This document shows, in pieces, positions 1-8,824 of a stretch of DNA of 9,576 nucleotides. Source of the stretch: a virus. Lineage: Duplodnaviria > Heunggongvirae > Uroviricota > Caudoviricetes. How positions within the stretch are numbered: the stretch's first letter is position 1; the number at the start of each line of letters is the position of its first letter. The notes beneath the pieces were generated by a model that was not told the DNA's origin, ran no database searches, and was given only the letters and a program-made list of their open reading frames with translations. The DNA lies in IMG/VR virus record IMGVR_UViG_2778261540_000002. The stretch is one strand, 5' to 3'. The position numbers and the translations under genes were made by a program.

Positions 1-3000
1 TGACGGTGTTTTCCGCGTTACCAGCAGCGTTAACGGTGATGGTGTGTCCATGTGAACCAATCGCAACGGAGTGCGTATGAGCACCAATACCGACAGTATG
101 CGCGTGTGCACCTGCAGATGCTGCTGTGCCGGACAGTGAATGGCTATGATTACCATCTGTACTGGTATTCGCTAACCACCCCGTAGACATACCTACTGAG
201 CCTTGTACACCCCAGGTATTTTGACCTGAGCTTGTATAACCATATTGATAAGTATCTTTAAAAACACTGGGGTTAAATCGACGGCCATCTCTATGGCTGT
301 GATTACCAGCTGCATTCGTGCTGCCACTTAAACTATGGGTATGCGCACCAGTGTTATTCGTGGATTTAGTGCCGTAATCAAACGACGATGTGGTTTTCGT
401 CCCCAAATCCGTACTGGATGCGCTGGCGCTGTGGGTGTGCGATTTAATGCCGTCCTGTTCCTGAGACAATACGGCCCGACCACTGGCAGGTTTGCCCTTA
501 ATCGTCCAGCCACGCATATCAGGGATCACGCCTGACGGATAAGCCGCTGCAAGTTTCGGGTATGCAGATTTGTCAAAAGCCTGCCCCTGCATCAGGGCAT
601 AGCCAGACGGAACGGTATCTGATGGCCACGGGATTGGTGCGCCGACTGGGTAGCTTTCTGGTGGAAGATTTTTCGAGGTATAAACTTCTGCCCAGTCTTC
701 CTCAAAACCATAACCGTCTCTTGAAGAACGGTAGAACAGACCACCATTTCTGTAATGCGCCTTCATCTGCAAGGTCCGGCAACTTCCGACTCCGGTATAG
801 AAGTTAACCAGAATATAGCTGTCGCCAGAGCGGGTGACATTATAAGCGCCTGATTCGGCATTCCAGGGAACGCCACCATCCGCATCGGCATATGTATCCG
901 TTGCCCTTCTGGCAAAAGCAGCCACATGCGCGGCGGTTAAAGTAATATCTTTGGAACCATCAAACTCAACACCAGAAACCCGTCTTGGCGTTTGCAGCTT
1001 TGTTGCTGTTAATGCATTACCGTTCAGACTTGCGGACAGTTTGGTTCCAATAACCAGTTCGCCGGTTGCGTTATCAATAGCAAACGGTCTTAATGTATTC
1101 CAGCCACCATAAACATCACCTTGATTGGTAAGCAGCAGGTAAGTTTTAGCGCCATCATTACGCCATAATGCCCCATACTCCCCACCTATCATTCGAATCT
1201 GATTACCACCACACGCTACAATTTCGTCTGTGGCAAAAAGTTTTTTGCACGACAAGTTATCGTTAACGATTAACGAATGAGACTCATAAAAACCACGCCC
1301 ACTCTTAAAATCAAGGATAACGTCCGCCGCGATACATTCAGTCGCCGGATTTGTTGCCCCAAACTTATAGGTCGTATCATTAACAACGAGATCAGCACCA
1401 GGTGCGGATATTGACAGGCCATCTTCGATAAACGCAAAAACAGGGAAAGCAGCGCCATCAACATAGAACACAGAGCGCAAATCATCGCCCTTATTACTCA
1501 TCATTATTGAGTGGATGGCTCGTTCATTGTTTTGATATTGCCAGAACATTCCATAAGCATAACGCCCCCTGTCAGTCCAGCCACCAGGCATAACAAATCC
1601 GTTAAACTCGCAGTTATTCATCGGATCGCCTGCGGTTCGCGTTGCCGTGGTGATAATGACCCTTGATGCCAGTTCGCTTACTGAGCCAGCAGAACGCATA
1701 ACAACAACAGGGTAATATTTTCCAGATGTTGCACCTGCAGGAGCGTTAACCCACACATAACGCATACCACGCTTATCAGCAAAGTCTGTTTTACTGACCG
1801 CGTTAATGTTGTTCAGGAAGCGTCCCTTATCGGGTATATCAGCGCCGTTCTGGTCTTTCTGCAGACGTTTCTCTGCATTGTCATAGGCTGATTTTACTGC
1901 CTTTGGCGTTGCCGCCAGCGTTTCAGACGTACTGTTGGTCGCACTGCTGAGCTGTACTATCCCCTTTTTCGTCGTACTTGCATCCTCAAGCGCCACGGCG
2001 GATGCAATATCCTCTGCCCGTTTTGCCGCTGTCTCGGCGCGCGTTGCCGCGGATTCCGCCGTACTTTTGCTCTGTGCTGCCGCCGTCGCACTGCCAGCTG
2101 CCTCTGTCGCCTTCGTGGATGCTGTCGTGGCGCTGCCCTTCGCTGCGGAAGCAGACCTCGCTGCTGCGCTGGCCTGTTCAGTGGCTTCGCCAGCCTTCGT
2201 TGTGGCTGTTGAAGCAGACGATGCGGCACTTTCTGCCGATTTTCCGGCGGCGGTGGCACTGGCTGAGGCCTGCCCGGCACTTGTTGACGCGGCACTGGCA
2301 GACGACGCAGCCGCTGTTGTTGAGCCTGCCGCAGCCGAGGCGCTCTGTCCCGCTGCCGTTTCAGAAGACCTGGCGTTTGTCTCAGACGTCTTTGCCGCCT
2401 TCGCGGAATTGCCTGCCGCCGTTGCCGAGGAAGCGGCACTACTGGCGCTTGATGATGCGTTCGTTTCTGATGATTTCGCTGCCTCTTTTGAGGCCGCCGC
2501 ATCCCGGGCTGAGGTGGCTGCTTCTGACGCCTTCGTGGTCGCGGCGGATGCAGAAGTGGCTGCTGATTGTTGTGACGCTGCCGCATTCGTTTCTGACGTT
2601 TTCGCCGCAGCGGCACTGGTAGCTGCCGCGCTTTTTGAGGACTCTGCAGCAGCAGCACTTTTCGATGCTTCACTGGCCTTTGTTGATGCCGTTCCTGCGC
2701 TGGAAGATGCTGACTGAGCCGACGACGCGGCCTGTCCGGCTGACGTGCTGGCTGCGCGTGCTGAGCCTGCAGCATCAGTCGCATGGGTTGCCGCCTCACG
2801 GGCTGATGTGCCGGCATCGCTGGCTGACTTCTTCGCGGCTGCCGTGTTCTGTGCCACCGCGGACGCGTTACGCGCCACCTCTTCCACCATCAGTTCAAAA
2901 CGGCGCAGTGCCTCAGGACGGGCATCATCCTCCGTCATGGCACCGAGAAAATCATTCAGCGTACCGGGTCGGGAATCTTCATACACGGTGATGGTCCCGG

Positions 3001-3214
3001 CATGTGACGGCGGGAATCCCTCCACCAACAGAATAACGCTGTACTGCCCGTACTCAACGTCCATGCTGTAACGCCCGGCTTCATCCGGATTTTCTGAGGC
3101 CAGCGTGTTCACCACCACCGTGGTGCTGTTACGTTTTGCTTTCAGCTGGATTGTGCAGTTCTGTACCGGTTTTCCTGTGCCGTCTTTCAGTACACCTGAA
3201 ATCTTTACTGCCAT
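1..3214 (-). CDS. stf: Side tail fibre protein, StfR/lambda Stf-like; 3' end truncated by the window edge (about 1071 codons in window, stop codon lies beyond position 1)
   Basis: ATG at 3214-3212 preceded by GGGGTG. My translation begins [81 protein letters not shown], the conserved lambda Stf N-terminal domain. Spot translations at 1801-1920 ([39 protein letters not shown]), 1441-1500 ([22 protein letters not shown]), 601-720 ([34 protein letters not shown]) and 1-360 (HxH-rich end ...[19 protein letters not shown]) stay in one frame. The ORF track lists no complete minus-strand ORF in this frame below 3214, consistent with one open frame running off the edge. Confidence 0.9.
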   Translation of the reverse strand, partial: MAVKISGVLKDGTGKPVQNCTIQLKAKRNSTTVVVNTLASENPDEAGRYSMDVEYGQYSVILLVEGFPPSHAGTITVYEDSRPGTLNDFLGAMTEDDARPEALRRFELMVEEVARNASAVAQNTAAAKKSASDAGTSAREAATHATDAAGSARAASTSAGQAASSAQSASSSAGTASTKASEASKSAAAAESSKSAAATSAAAAKTSETNAAASQQSAATSASAATTKASEAATSARDAAASKEAAKSSETNASSSASSAASSATAAGNSAKAAKTSETNARSSETAAGQSASAAAGSTTAAASSASAASTSAGQASASATAAGKSAESAASSASTATTKAGEATEQASAAARSASAAKGSATTASTKATEAAGSATAAAQSKSTAESAATRAETAAKRAEDIASAVALEDASTTKKGIVQLSSATNSTSETLAATPKAVKSAYDNAEKRLQKDQNGADIPDKGRFLNNINAVSKTDFADKRGMRYVWVNAPAGATSGKYYPVVVMRSAGSVSELASRVIITTATRTAGDPMNNCEFNGFVMPGGWTDRGRYAYGMFWQYQNNERAIHSIMMSNKGDDLRSVFYVDGAAFPVFAFIEDGLSISAPGADLVVNDTTYKFGATNPATECIAADVILDFKSGRGFYESHSLIVNDNLSCKKLFATDEIVACGGNQIRMIGGEYGALWRNDGAKTYLLLTNQGDVYGGWNTLRPFAIDNATGELVIGTKLSASLNGNALTATKLQTPRRVSGVEFDGSKDITLTAAHVAAFARRATDTYADADGGVPWNAESGAYNVTRSGDSYILVNFYTGVGSCRTLQMKAHYRNGGLFYRSSRDGYGFEEDWAEVYTSKNLPPESYPVGAPIPWPSDTVPSGYALMQGQAFDKSAYPKLAAAYPSGVIPDMRGWTIKGKPASGRAVLSQEQDGIKSHTHSASASSTDLGTKTTSSFDYGTKSTNNTGAHTHSLSGSTNAAGNHSHRDGRRFNPSVFKDTYQYGYTSSGQNTWGVQGSVGMSTGWLANTSTDGNHSHSLSGTAASAGAHAHTVGIGAHTHSVAIGSHGHTITVNAAGNAENTV
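1930..2870 (-). repeat. Low-complexity Ala/Ser/Thr-rich coding repeats forming the fibre shaft (motifs such as [30 protein letters not shown]), GC-rich
   Basis: Direct translation of the stf frame. At DNA level, near-repeats are visible, e.g. gtctcagacgtctttgccgcc (about 2380), gtttctgatgatttcgctgcc (about 2462) and gtttctgacgttttcgccgcagc (about 2590). This region produces the long Ala-rich and Arg/Gln/Pro-rich alternate-frame ORFs in the track. Boundaries are approximate. Confidence 0.6.
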
Positions 3215-3223
3215 ATTCACCCC

Positions 3224-3252
3224 ACAAAAAAGCCCGCCTGAACCGGCGGGCT
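3224..3252 (-). terminator. Putative rho-independent terminator downstream of lom: 8-bp GC-rich stem, 6-nt loop, then a run of 6 U on the minus-strand transcript
   Basis: Plus strand 3231-3238 agcccgcc and 3245-3252 ggcgggct are perfect reverse complements with loop tgaacc; an A-run at 3226-3231 on plus is the U-tract on minus. It sits between the lom stop (3279-3281) and the stf start (3214). Confidence 0.6.
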
Positions 3253-3278
3253 GTCATAACACTGTGTTACCTGGCTAA

Positions 3279-3878
3279 TCAGAATTTATAACCGACACCC
3301 ACGATGAAACCGTCAGTGCGCCAGTCACCACTGCCGGAGCCTTCATAAGCAATATCAATGGCCACGGATTCGGTCGGGTTAAACTGCACGCCAGCCCCCC
3401 ACGCCAGAGACGTGTTGCTGTGGCGACCGTCATCACTTCCGGTCAGCACATCGTGCTTTTTCCCCTTGTTGTCAGTTACGCGAAGATAATCCCCGGAGAA
3501 AGTCGACACACGGCTGTAAGCTACACCCGCCATCGCATACGCGCTGAACCATTCATTCACGCGCACAGACGGCCCCGCCATTACGCTGAACCAGCGGTTA
3601 CGAACGGAATCTTCATGCCAGCGGGTATCGCTGTAACGGGTCAGCTGGCGATTCTTGTCTCCTGCATAGCTGAATGACGTCACCAGCCCCAGTGTGTCCG
3701 TAAACTCATAACGGTATTTCACGTTAATCCCGTTCAGATCATCACTGCCGGGGACGTTCGTCGAGGCATGAAGATACCCCGCGCTCAGCGTGGACTGATG
3801 TTCAGACGCCCATGCAGGCGCACCGGATACGGCCAGACAAATGGCTGCGGACAAAATTGCTGCACAAACTTTACGCAT
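3279..3878 (-). CDS. lom: Outer-membrane beta-barrel protein of the Ail/Lom/PagC/OmpX family (Lom homologue), 199 aa, with N-terminal signal peptide
   Basis: ORF with ATG at 3878-3876 preceded by AGAGG. N-terminus MRKVCAAILSAAICLAVSGAPAWA is a signal peptide with an AxA cleavage site. C-terminus ...IAYEGSGSGDWRTDGFIVGVGYKF ends in an aromatic residue typical of outer-membrane barrels and matches my recollection of the lambda Lom C-terminus. Position immediately downstream of J is as in lambda. Confidence 0.9.
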   Translation of the reverse strand: MRKVCAAILSAAICLAVSGAPAWASEHQSTLSAGYLHASTNVPGSDDLNGINVKYRYEFTDTLGLVTSFSYAGDKNRQLTRYSDTRWHEDSVRNRWFSVMAGPSVRVNEWFSAYAMAGVAYSRVSTFSGDYLRVTDNKGKKHDVLTGSDDGRHSNTSLAWGAGVQFNPTESVAIDIAYEGSGSGDWRTDGFIVGVGYKF

Positions 3879-3900
3879 AATTACCTCTCGCTTTTCTGCA

Positions 3901-3930
3901 ATAAAAAAGGCGTCATTCCTGACGCCCTTT
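3901..3930 (-). terminator. Putative rho-independent terminator after J (tJ-like): 7-bp stem ggcgtca/tgacgcc, 4-nt loop, then UUUUUU on the minus-strand transcript
   Basis: Plus 3909-3915 ggcgtca and 3920-3926 tgacgcc are reverse complements with loop ttcc; A-run 3903-3908 on plus is the U-tract on minus. Located in the 70-bp gap between the J stop (3949) and the lom start (3878). Confidence 0.65.
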
Positions 3931-3948
3931 ATTGGGGTTATAAATATT

Positions 3949-6900
3949 TCAACGAATACTGATGCCGGAAGCGGCTTTTTTGGTCACAATCACCGTACAG
4001 TCGGTGATATTGCCTGCCCCCTGATTGCCTTTCTGGAAAATCTTAAACTCCAGAGTGACGCTTCCCCTGCCACTCGGCATATCAATAACTGCACTGTAAC
4101 TACCGGGAATGGCCCCTTTAGTTTCTCTGGATGCGATTAATACGCCGTTTTTGCGAACTTCAAAACCATAACCCGTGTATCGCGTGCCTCCTGGGTTATT
4201 TCCGCTCCCCGGATCGTCATACGCTATACCGTTAAAAATAATGGGCGGAATAATAATCTGGCGGTCAAAGTTATGATCATCGCTGATGGTGACTGTAACC
4301 GTACCGTTTGGTGTTTCCGTGTTACCCCACGTACCGACTTTTTTCGGGAAGGCTTTTGATACAGCTTTAACGAAATCTCCTCTGACCTGGGTCGCCTCCA
4401 GCATGCCCTTAATCGTACAGTTCTGGTTAATCGTGACATTGTTGAGCGTTCCTGAGTTCGCATTCACACTGCCACTGATATCCGCATTTTTCGCCGTCAG
4501 TCTCCCGTCTGATGTCAGGGAAAATGCCGGAGGATTACCGCCGCTGGTAATGGTGGGGGCCGTCAGGCGTTTCAGGAACACTTCATTCATGAATATCTGA
4601 TCGCCCTGACCAACAAACATCGGCTTTGTGTTGCCATTCGCAGGATTAATCATCGCAATCCTGTCTGCTGCCAGCAGCACCTGACTCTGCATGCCGTCAG
4701 GGGTGTTCTCAATACCGGCACCGATACCCGCAATATAAAGGCGTCCGTCCTGCATCTGCTGCAGCTTCACTGCCCACATGCTGTTCAGGTTATTATTTGT
4801 ATCAACCTGAACCTTCTGTATCTGCTGGATCGCTGCACTCTGGTCTTCCAGTTTCTTATTGACGGTCTGTGTTATTTCATTGCTGACATCCGTTATGGAC
4901 GTCCTGATTTCAGTCAGGTCAGGCGCAAGCTGACCGTTATCAATCTGCGTCCACAGCTCCTGAGCCAGATGGGTTTTCCCTATCTCGCCTTTGAAAAAAT
5001 CCAGATAGCCTGATGCATCATCACTCGGCTGACCGACAGCCTCCACGAATGCCGATTTGCCAACGGTGTTCACACTGCGAACGTAAAAATAATAATCATG
5101 GCCCGGTTTGATATTGATACTGGCGGCTATCCAGTACAGTGCCGTACCAAGATAACGCGCGCTGGTTTCAACCTGCCTGATATCCGCAATCCGTTTTTCC
5201 GAGAACCAGAACTCAAACTGTACCGTCGGGTCATAAACCGCAAGATGCGGCGTGGCGGTTATCTGAAAATAGCCCGGCGTCAGCTCAATCCGCGACGGCG
5301 CTGCCGGTGCGGCAATCCGGAACGATACCGACGCCGGATCGCCCTGCTGCCCCCACGCATTTACTGCCCGGACTGTCAGCCTGTAGTTCCCCAGAGCCAG
5401 TTGTGTGAAGCGGTAAGTGGTTTCCGTCGTCCGGGCCGTGCTGACCAGCCGCTCACGGCCGTCATCCGCTGCCACGGTCAGGCGAAGCAGGAAGCTCACG
5501 CCCTTCACCACCTTCGGCGTGTCCCAGCGCGCCAGCACCTGGTATTCCCCGCTGTCTGCGGTGACTTCTGCGGTCAGGTGCTGCACCGCTGGCGGCGTGA
5601 CACCATTTACCGTGCCGCTCTGGTCGCCGTCAAAGTGCGCCCCGTTATCCACGATGGCCTCTTTTTCCGGTACATGCTGCACGGCGGTGATGGCATACGT
5701 GCCGTCGTCGTTCTCACGGATACTCACGCAGCGGAACAGGCGCTGGCGCAACGTCGGCAGCTTCAGCCCCCATACGCTGTATTCAGCAACGCCGTCAGGA
5801 ACACGGCTCACTTTCACCTTCACGCCGTCGGTGACGGACTGAACCTCCACGCTGACCGGACTCCCCTGCCCGTCAACCAGGCTTATCAGCGTGGTGCCGG
5901 AAGATGGCAGCGTGATTTCACGGTCGAGCGTCAGCGTCCGGGTCTGGCTGTTTACCGCCAGCACGCGCCCGCCGGTGCGGATACCGGCATAGTCATCATC
6001 GCAGATTTCAATGACATCGCCCGGTACATGGCGAAGCCCTTCGGCACCCACGCTGAAGTCCACGGTCTGCGTTTCCAGCAGTTCTGTTTTAATCAGCCAC
6101 AGCCCGGCGCGGTGTGCCTGCCCCCGGCTGGTACAGCCAAAAGCATCCATCTTCGTGACGTTACGACCGTAACGGGCAATGGCCTGCGTGTCCTCCACAA
6201 GCTCTGTCGCCGTCTCCCAGCCGTTATTCGGGTCAATCCAGTTCACCTCAACGGCATTATGGCGGTCCTTCAGGGCGCTGAAGCTGTAGCGGAACGGCGC
6301 ACCATCATCCGGCATCACCACATTACTGCGGTTATAGGTCCACACCTTATCCGACGGTCGGTCCTGCACGAACGTCAGCGTCTGCCCGTTCCATACCGGC
6401 ATACAGCGCATCGCAGAGCAGAAATCACTGAGCACATCCCACGCCTTGCGCTGTGTGGTCAGGTACGCATTACAGGTGATGCGCGGCTCCGTGCCGCCAA
6501 AACCGTCCGGCACCGACTGATCGCAATGCTGGCCGATGACATACAGCGCCCATTTGTCCACATCCGCCGCACCAAGACGTTTCCCCATGCCGTAGCGCGG
6601 ATGGGTCAGCATATCCCACAGACACCAGGCCATGTTGTTGCTGTATGCTGGCTTAAACGTTCCGTCCCAGATACCGCTGTATTGCCGCGTCTGCGGGTTA
6701 TAGTTCGACGGCACCTGCAGAATGCGCCCGCGCAGATGATAATTACGGCTCACCTGCTGGCTGCCGAACTGCTCCGAATCCACCTGCACGCCGACCAGTG
6801 CCGTGTTCGGGTAGCACTGTTTCACATCGATGATTTCGGTGTATGACGACCAGAGCGTTTTGTTCTGCAGCTGGTCTGTGGTGCTGTCCGGCGTCATCCT

Positions 6901-7446
6901 GCGCATCCGTATATTGAACGGGCGCGGCGGCAGGTTACCCACCACCACCGAGGCCAGATACTGCGAGGTGGTTTTGCCCTTAATGGTGATGTCTTTTTCC
7001 GTCACCCAGCCACCATTACGCTGGATCTGAACCAGCAGGCGGACTTCCGACGGATTCCGGTCCCCCTTTGAGGTGGTTTCCACCAGTGCCTGCACGCCGA
7101 AGGTAAAGCGCAGACGGTCGATGTTTGCAGACGTAATGGTGCGGGTGATCGGCGTGTCATATTTCACTTCCGTACCCAGCACCGTCTCGGAGCCGGAGGA
7201 TTCAAACCCCTCCGGCGGTGTCTGCTCCTGCTCACCGGCACGGAACACCACCGTGACACCGGAGATGTTGGTATTCCCCTCAGTGTCCAGCACCGGCGTA
7301 CTGTTCAGCAGCACGCTTTTTAATCCATCCACCGGACCTTCAACCGGCCCTTCGCTGATGGCATCGATCACACTCAGCAGCTGCGTGGACTTCAGGTTGT
7401 CCTTCGCTTCGCGCGGGGTATGCCCCTTACTGCTGCCTTTACCCAT
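3949..7446 (-). CDS. J: Tail tip / central tail fibre host-specificity protein J (lambda gpJ homologue), 1165 aa
   Basis: Complete 1165-aa ORF. N-terminus [34 protein letters not shown]... and most of the first 800 or so residues match lambda J as I recall it. GGAG lies 8 nt upstream of the ATG. Gene order I then J then lom is conserved with lambda. Confidence 0.95.
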   Translation of the reverse strand: MGKGSSKGHTPREAKDNLKSTQLLSVIDAISEGPVEGPVDGLKSVLLNSTPVLDTEGNTNISGVTVVFRAGEQEQTPPEGFESSGSETVLGTEVKYDTPITRTITSANIDRLRFTFGVQALVETTSKGDRNPSEVRLLVQIQRNGGWVTEKDITIKGKTTSQYLASVVVGNLPPRPFNIRMRRMTPDSTTDQLQNKTLWSSYTEIIDVKQCYPNTALVGVQVDSEQFGSQQVSRNYHLRGRILQVPSNYNPQTRQYSGIWDGTFKPAYSNNMAWCLWDMLTHPRYGMGKRLGAADVDKWALYVIGQHCDQSVPDGFGGTEPRITCNAYLTTQRKAWDVLSDFCSAMRCMPVWNGQTLTFVQDRPSDKVWTYNRSNVVMPDDGAPFRYSFSALKDRHNAVEVNWIDPNNGWETATELVEDTQAIARYGRNVTKMDAFGCTSRGQAHRAGLWLIKTELLETQTVDFSVGAEGLRHVPGDVIEICDDDYAGIRTGGRVLAVNSQTRTLTLDREITLPSSGTTLISLVDGQGSPVSVEVQSVTDGVKVKVSRVPDGVAEYSVWGLKLPTLRQRLFRCVSIRENDDGTYAITAVQHVPEKEAIVDNGAHFDGDQSGTVNGVTPPAVQHLTAEVTADSGEYQVLARWDTPKVVKGVSFLLRLTVAADDGRERLVSTARTTETTYRFTQLALGNYRLTVRAVNAWGQQGDPASVSFRIAAPAAPSRIELTPGYFQITATPHLAVYDPTVQFEFWFSEKRIADIRQVETSARYLGTALYWIAASINIKPGHDYYFYVRSVNTVGKSAFVEAVGQPSDDASGYLDFFKGEIGKTHLAQELWTQIDNGQLAPDLTEIRTSITDVSNEITQTVNKKLEDQSAAIQQIQKVQVDTNNNLNSMWAVKLQQMQDGRLYIAGIGAGIENTPDGMQSQVLLAADRIAMINPANGNTKPMFVGQGDQIFMNEVFLKRLTAPTITSGGNPPAFSLTSDGRLTAKNADISGSVNANSGTLNNVTINQNCTIKGMLEATQVRGDFVKAVSKAFPKKVGTWGNTETPNGTVTVTISDDHNFDRQIIIPPIIFNGIAYDDPGSGNNPGGTRYTGYGFEVRKNGVLIASRETKGAIPGSYSAVIDMPSGRGSVTLEFKIFQKGNQGAGNITDCTVIVTKKAASGISIR

Positions 7447-7468
7447 TCCTCACGCTCCATAAATGACA

Positions 7469-7488
7469 AAACCGCCCGCAGGCGGTTT
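7469..7488 (-). other. Perfect 8-bp stem-loop (aaaccgcc / cgca / ggcggttt) in the I-J intergenic spacer, followed by a U-rich stretch on the minus-strand transcript; possible attenuator or RNA-stabilising hairpin
   Basis: Seen directly in the 60-bp gap between the I stop (7507-7509) and the J start (7446). Function is not inferable from sequence alone. Confidence 0.35.
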
Positions 7489-7506
7489 CACATAAAACAT
7501 TTTGCA

Positions 7507-8178
7507 TCAGCGACCAATCACCACAACCTGACCACCGTCCCCTTCGTCTGCCGTGCTGATCTCCTGAGAAACCACGCGAGACCCCACGCGCATTTCCCCG
7601 TACAGAACAGGCAGAACATTGCCCTGGGCAACCATGTTATCCAGTGAGGAGAAATAGGTGTTCTGCTTACCGTTATCCGTTGTCTGTGTACGGGGAGTTC
7701 TGGCTTTCGGTGCCAGCATCTGCGCCACACCACCGAGCACCATACTGGCACCGAGAGAAAACAGGATGCCGGTCATACCACCGGTCCCAATGGCTGCCCC
7801 CCATGCTGCAAGGGTGGCTCCGGCGGTAAAGAATGATCCGGCAATGGCGGCAGCCCCCAGGACAATCTGGAATACGCCACCTGACTTGGCCCCGGCGACT
7901 CTGGGAACAATATGAATCACAGCGCCATCAGGCAGAGTCTCATGTAACTGCGCCGTTAACCCGGACGTGCTGACGTCCCGCCCGGCAATCCGTACCTGAT
8001 ACCAGCCGTCGCTCAGTTTCTGACGAAACGCCGGGAGCTGTGTGGCCAGTGCCCGGATGGCTTCAGCCCCCGTTTTCACACGAAGGTCGATGCGGCGACC
8101 AAATCGTTGTAAATCCCCGTAAAGGCAGATGCGCGCCATGCCCGGTGACGCCAGAGGGAGTGTGTGCGTCGCTGCCAT
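7507..8178 (-). CDS. I: Tail assembly protein I (lambda gpI homologue), 223 aa
   Basis: 223-aa ORF, the same length as lambda I as I recall it. Begins MAATHTLPLASPGMARICLYGDLQRFGRRIDLRV. Contains a long Gly/Ala-rich hydrophobic segment (GGVFQIVLGAAAIAGSFFTAGATLAAWGAAIGTGGMTGILFSLGASMVLGG). Overlaps the 3' end of K by 103 bp in another frame, as in lambda. Confidence 0.9.
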   Translation of the reverse strand: MAATHTLPLASPGMARICLYGDLQRFGRRIDLRVKTGAEAIRALATQLPAFRQKLSDGWYQVRIAGRDVSTSGLTAQLHETLPDGAVIHIVPRVAGAKSGGVFQIVLGAAAIAGSFFTAGATLAAWGAAIGTGGMTGILFSLGASMVLGGVAQMLAPKARTPRTQTTDNGKQNTYFSSLDNMVAQGNVLPVLYGEMRVGSRVVSQEISTADEGDGGQVVVIGR

Positions 8179-8819
8179 TTGTCGGTGTACCTCTCTCGTT
8201 TGCTCAGTTGTTCAGGAATATGGTGCAGCAGCTCGCCGTCGCCGCAGTAAATTGCGGCGTGATTCGGCACCGATGAACCAAAACAGCACAGCAGCACATC
8301 GCCCGGCTGTGCCGCTGACAACGGCACCTGATACAGCCCCGTCGCCTCCAGATTATCCAGATAGAGATTCTGGCCGTTACGCCACCAGTCATCCTCACGA
8401 TAAAAGTCCGGCATCTCAATCCCCGCCAGATGATAAGCATCCCGGAACAGTGTGTAACAGTCCGTCACACCGTGCTCAAAGCGCCGCCCGGTGAGATGCG
8501 GCACACAGCGGAACTTATGAATCGTCCCCCGGCAGACCAGCCACCACGGCAAATCACTCTGCACCTGCAGCCGCCGGTCGGCCTCACTCAGCCAGGGCAG
8601 ACCACCGGGGTGGCTGTGGACCAGCGCCACAATCTCACCCTGCATTTCTGCCTGCAGCCAGTCTTCCGGCGACATACGGAAATACGCCTCCGGCTCACCG
8701 GAGATATTCACGCAGGGAAAATATCTTTCCCCCTCCGGCGTGCTTACCACGAAGCCGCACGACTCCGCTGGCGCACATCGCCGGGCGTGCGCCAGAATCG
8801 CTGATTCTGTCTGTGTCAT
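8076..8819 (-). CDS. K: Tail assembly protein K (lambda gpK homologue) with a JAMM/MPN+ metalloprotease motif and a C-terminal NlpC/P60-like Cys/His region. Maximal ORF is 247 aa; the internal ATG at 8675 would give the 199-aa form I recall as the classical lambda annotation
   Basis: ORF MTQTESAILAHARRCAPAESCGFVVSTPEGERYF... HSHPGGLPWLSEAD fits the JAMM signature HxH-x7-S-xx-D. The downstream GVTDCYTLFRDAYH ... HHIPEQ provides candidate catalytic Cys and His. ATG at 8819 lies 5 nt after the L stop codon with only a weak SD; the internal ATG at 8675 has GGAGG 11 nt upstream. Confidence 0.85.
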   Translation of the reverse strand: MTQTESAILAHARRCAPAESCGFVVSTPEGERYFPCVNISGEPEAYFRMSPEDWLQAEMQGEIVALVHSHPGGLPWLSEADRRLQVQSDLPWWLVCRGTIHKFRCVPHLTGRRFEHGVTDCYTLFRDAYHLAGIEMPDFYREDDWWRNGQNLYLDNLEATGLYQVPLSAAQPGDVLLCCFGSSVPNHAAIYCGDGELLHHIPEQLSKRERYTDKWQRRTHSLWRHRAWRASAFTGIYNDLVAASTFV

Positions 8820-8824
8820 GGGAT

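Noticed and set aside
1-400. Invertase crossover site (hix/gix/cix-like 26-bp palindrome) at the 3' end of stf, as in invertible tail-fibre segments of Mu, P1 and e14
   Set aside because: Scanning by eye found no aaacc-nn-ggttt-type core or convincing 26-bp imperfect palindrome. Any inversion system, if present, would lie beyond the window start.
1930-2870. Possible CRISPR array or non-coding tandem repeat
   Set aside because: The repeats are imperfect, lie in frame inside a continuous ORF and encode Ala/Ser/Thr-rich shaft sequence; there is no repeat-spacer periodicity.
1935-3071. Plus-strand ORFs 1935..2717, 1978..2622, 2635..2991, 2745..3071 and minus-strand ORF 1957..2817 (Arg/Gln/Pro-rich)
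   Set aside because: All lie within the Ala/Ser/Thr repeat shaft of stf. They are alternate-frame or antisense readings of GCN-rich repeats with low-complexity products; the stf frame is the one that yields the conserved Stf N-terminus and runs continuously.
3879-3948. Sigma70 promoter for lom in the J-lom spacer (TTGAAA and TATAAC-like hexamers on the minus strand near 3935-3950)
   Set aside because: The hexamers are only about 5 nt apart, which is the wrong spacing, and they lie upstream of the terminator hairpin rather than between it and lom.
5098-6846. 582-aa plus-strand ORF (also 5417..5842, 141 aa) inside the J region
   Set aside because: It is antisense to the well-supported J coding sequence, Arg/Pro/His-rich as expected from reverse-reading GC-rich coding DNA, and has no recognisable motifs. 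Long antisense ORFs are a common artefact of high-GC codon bias.
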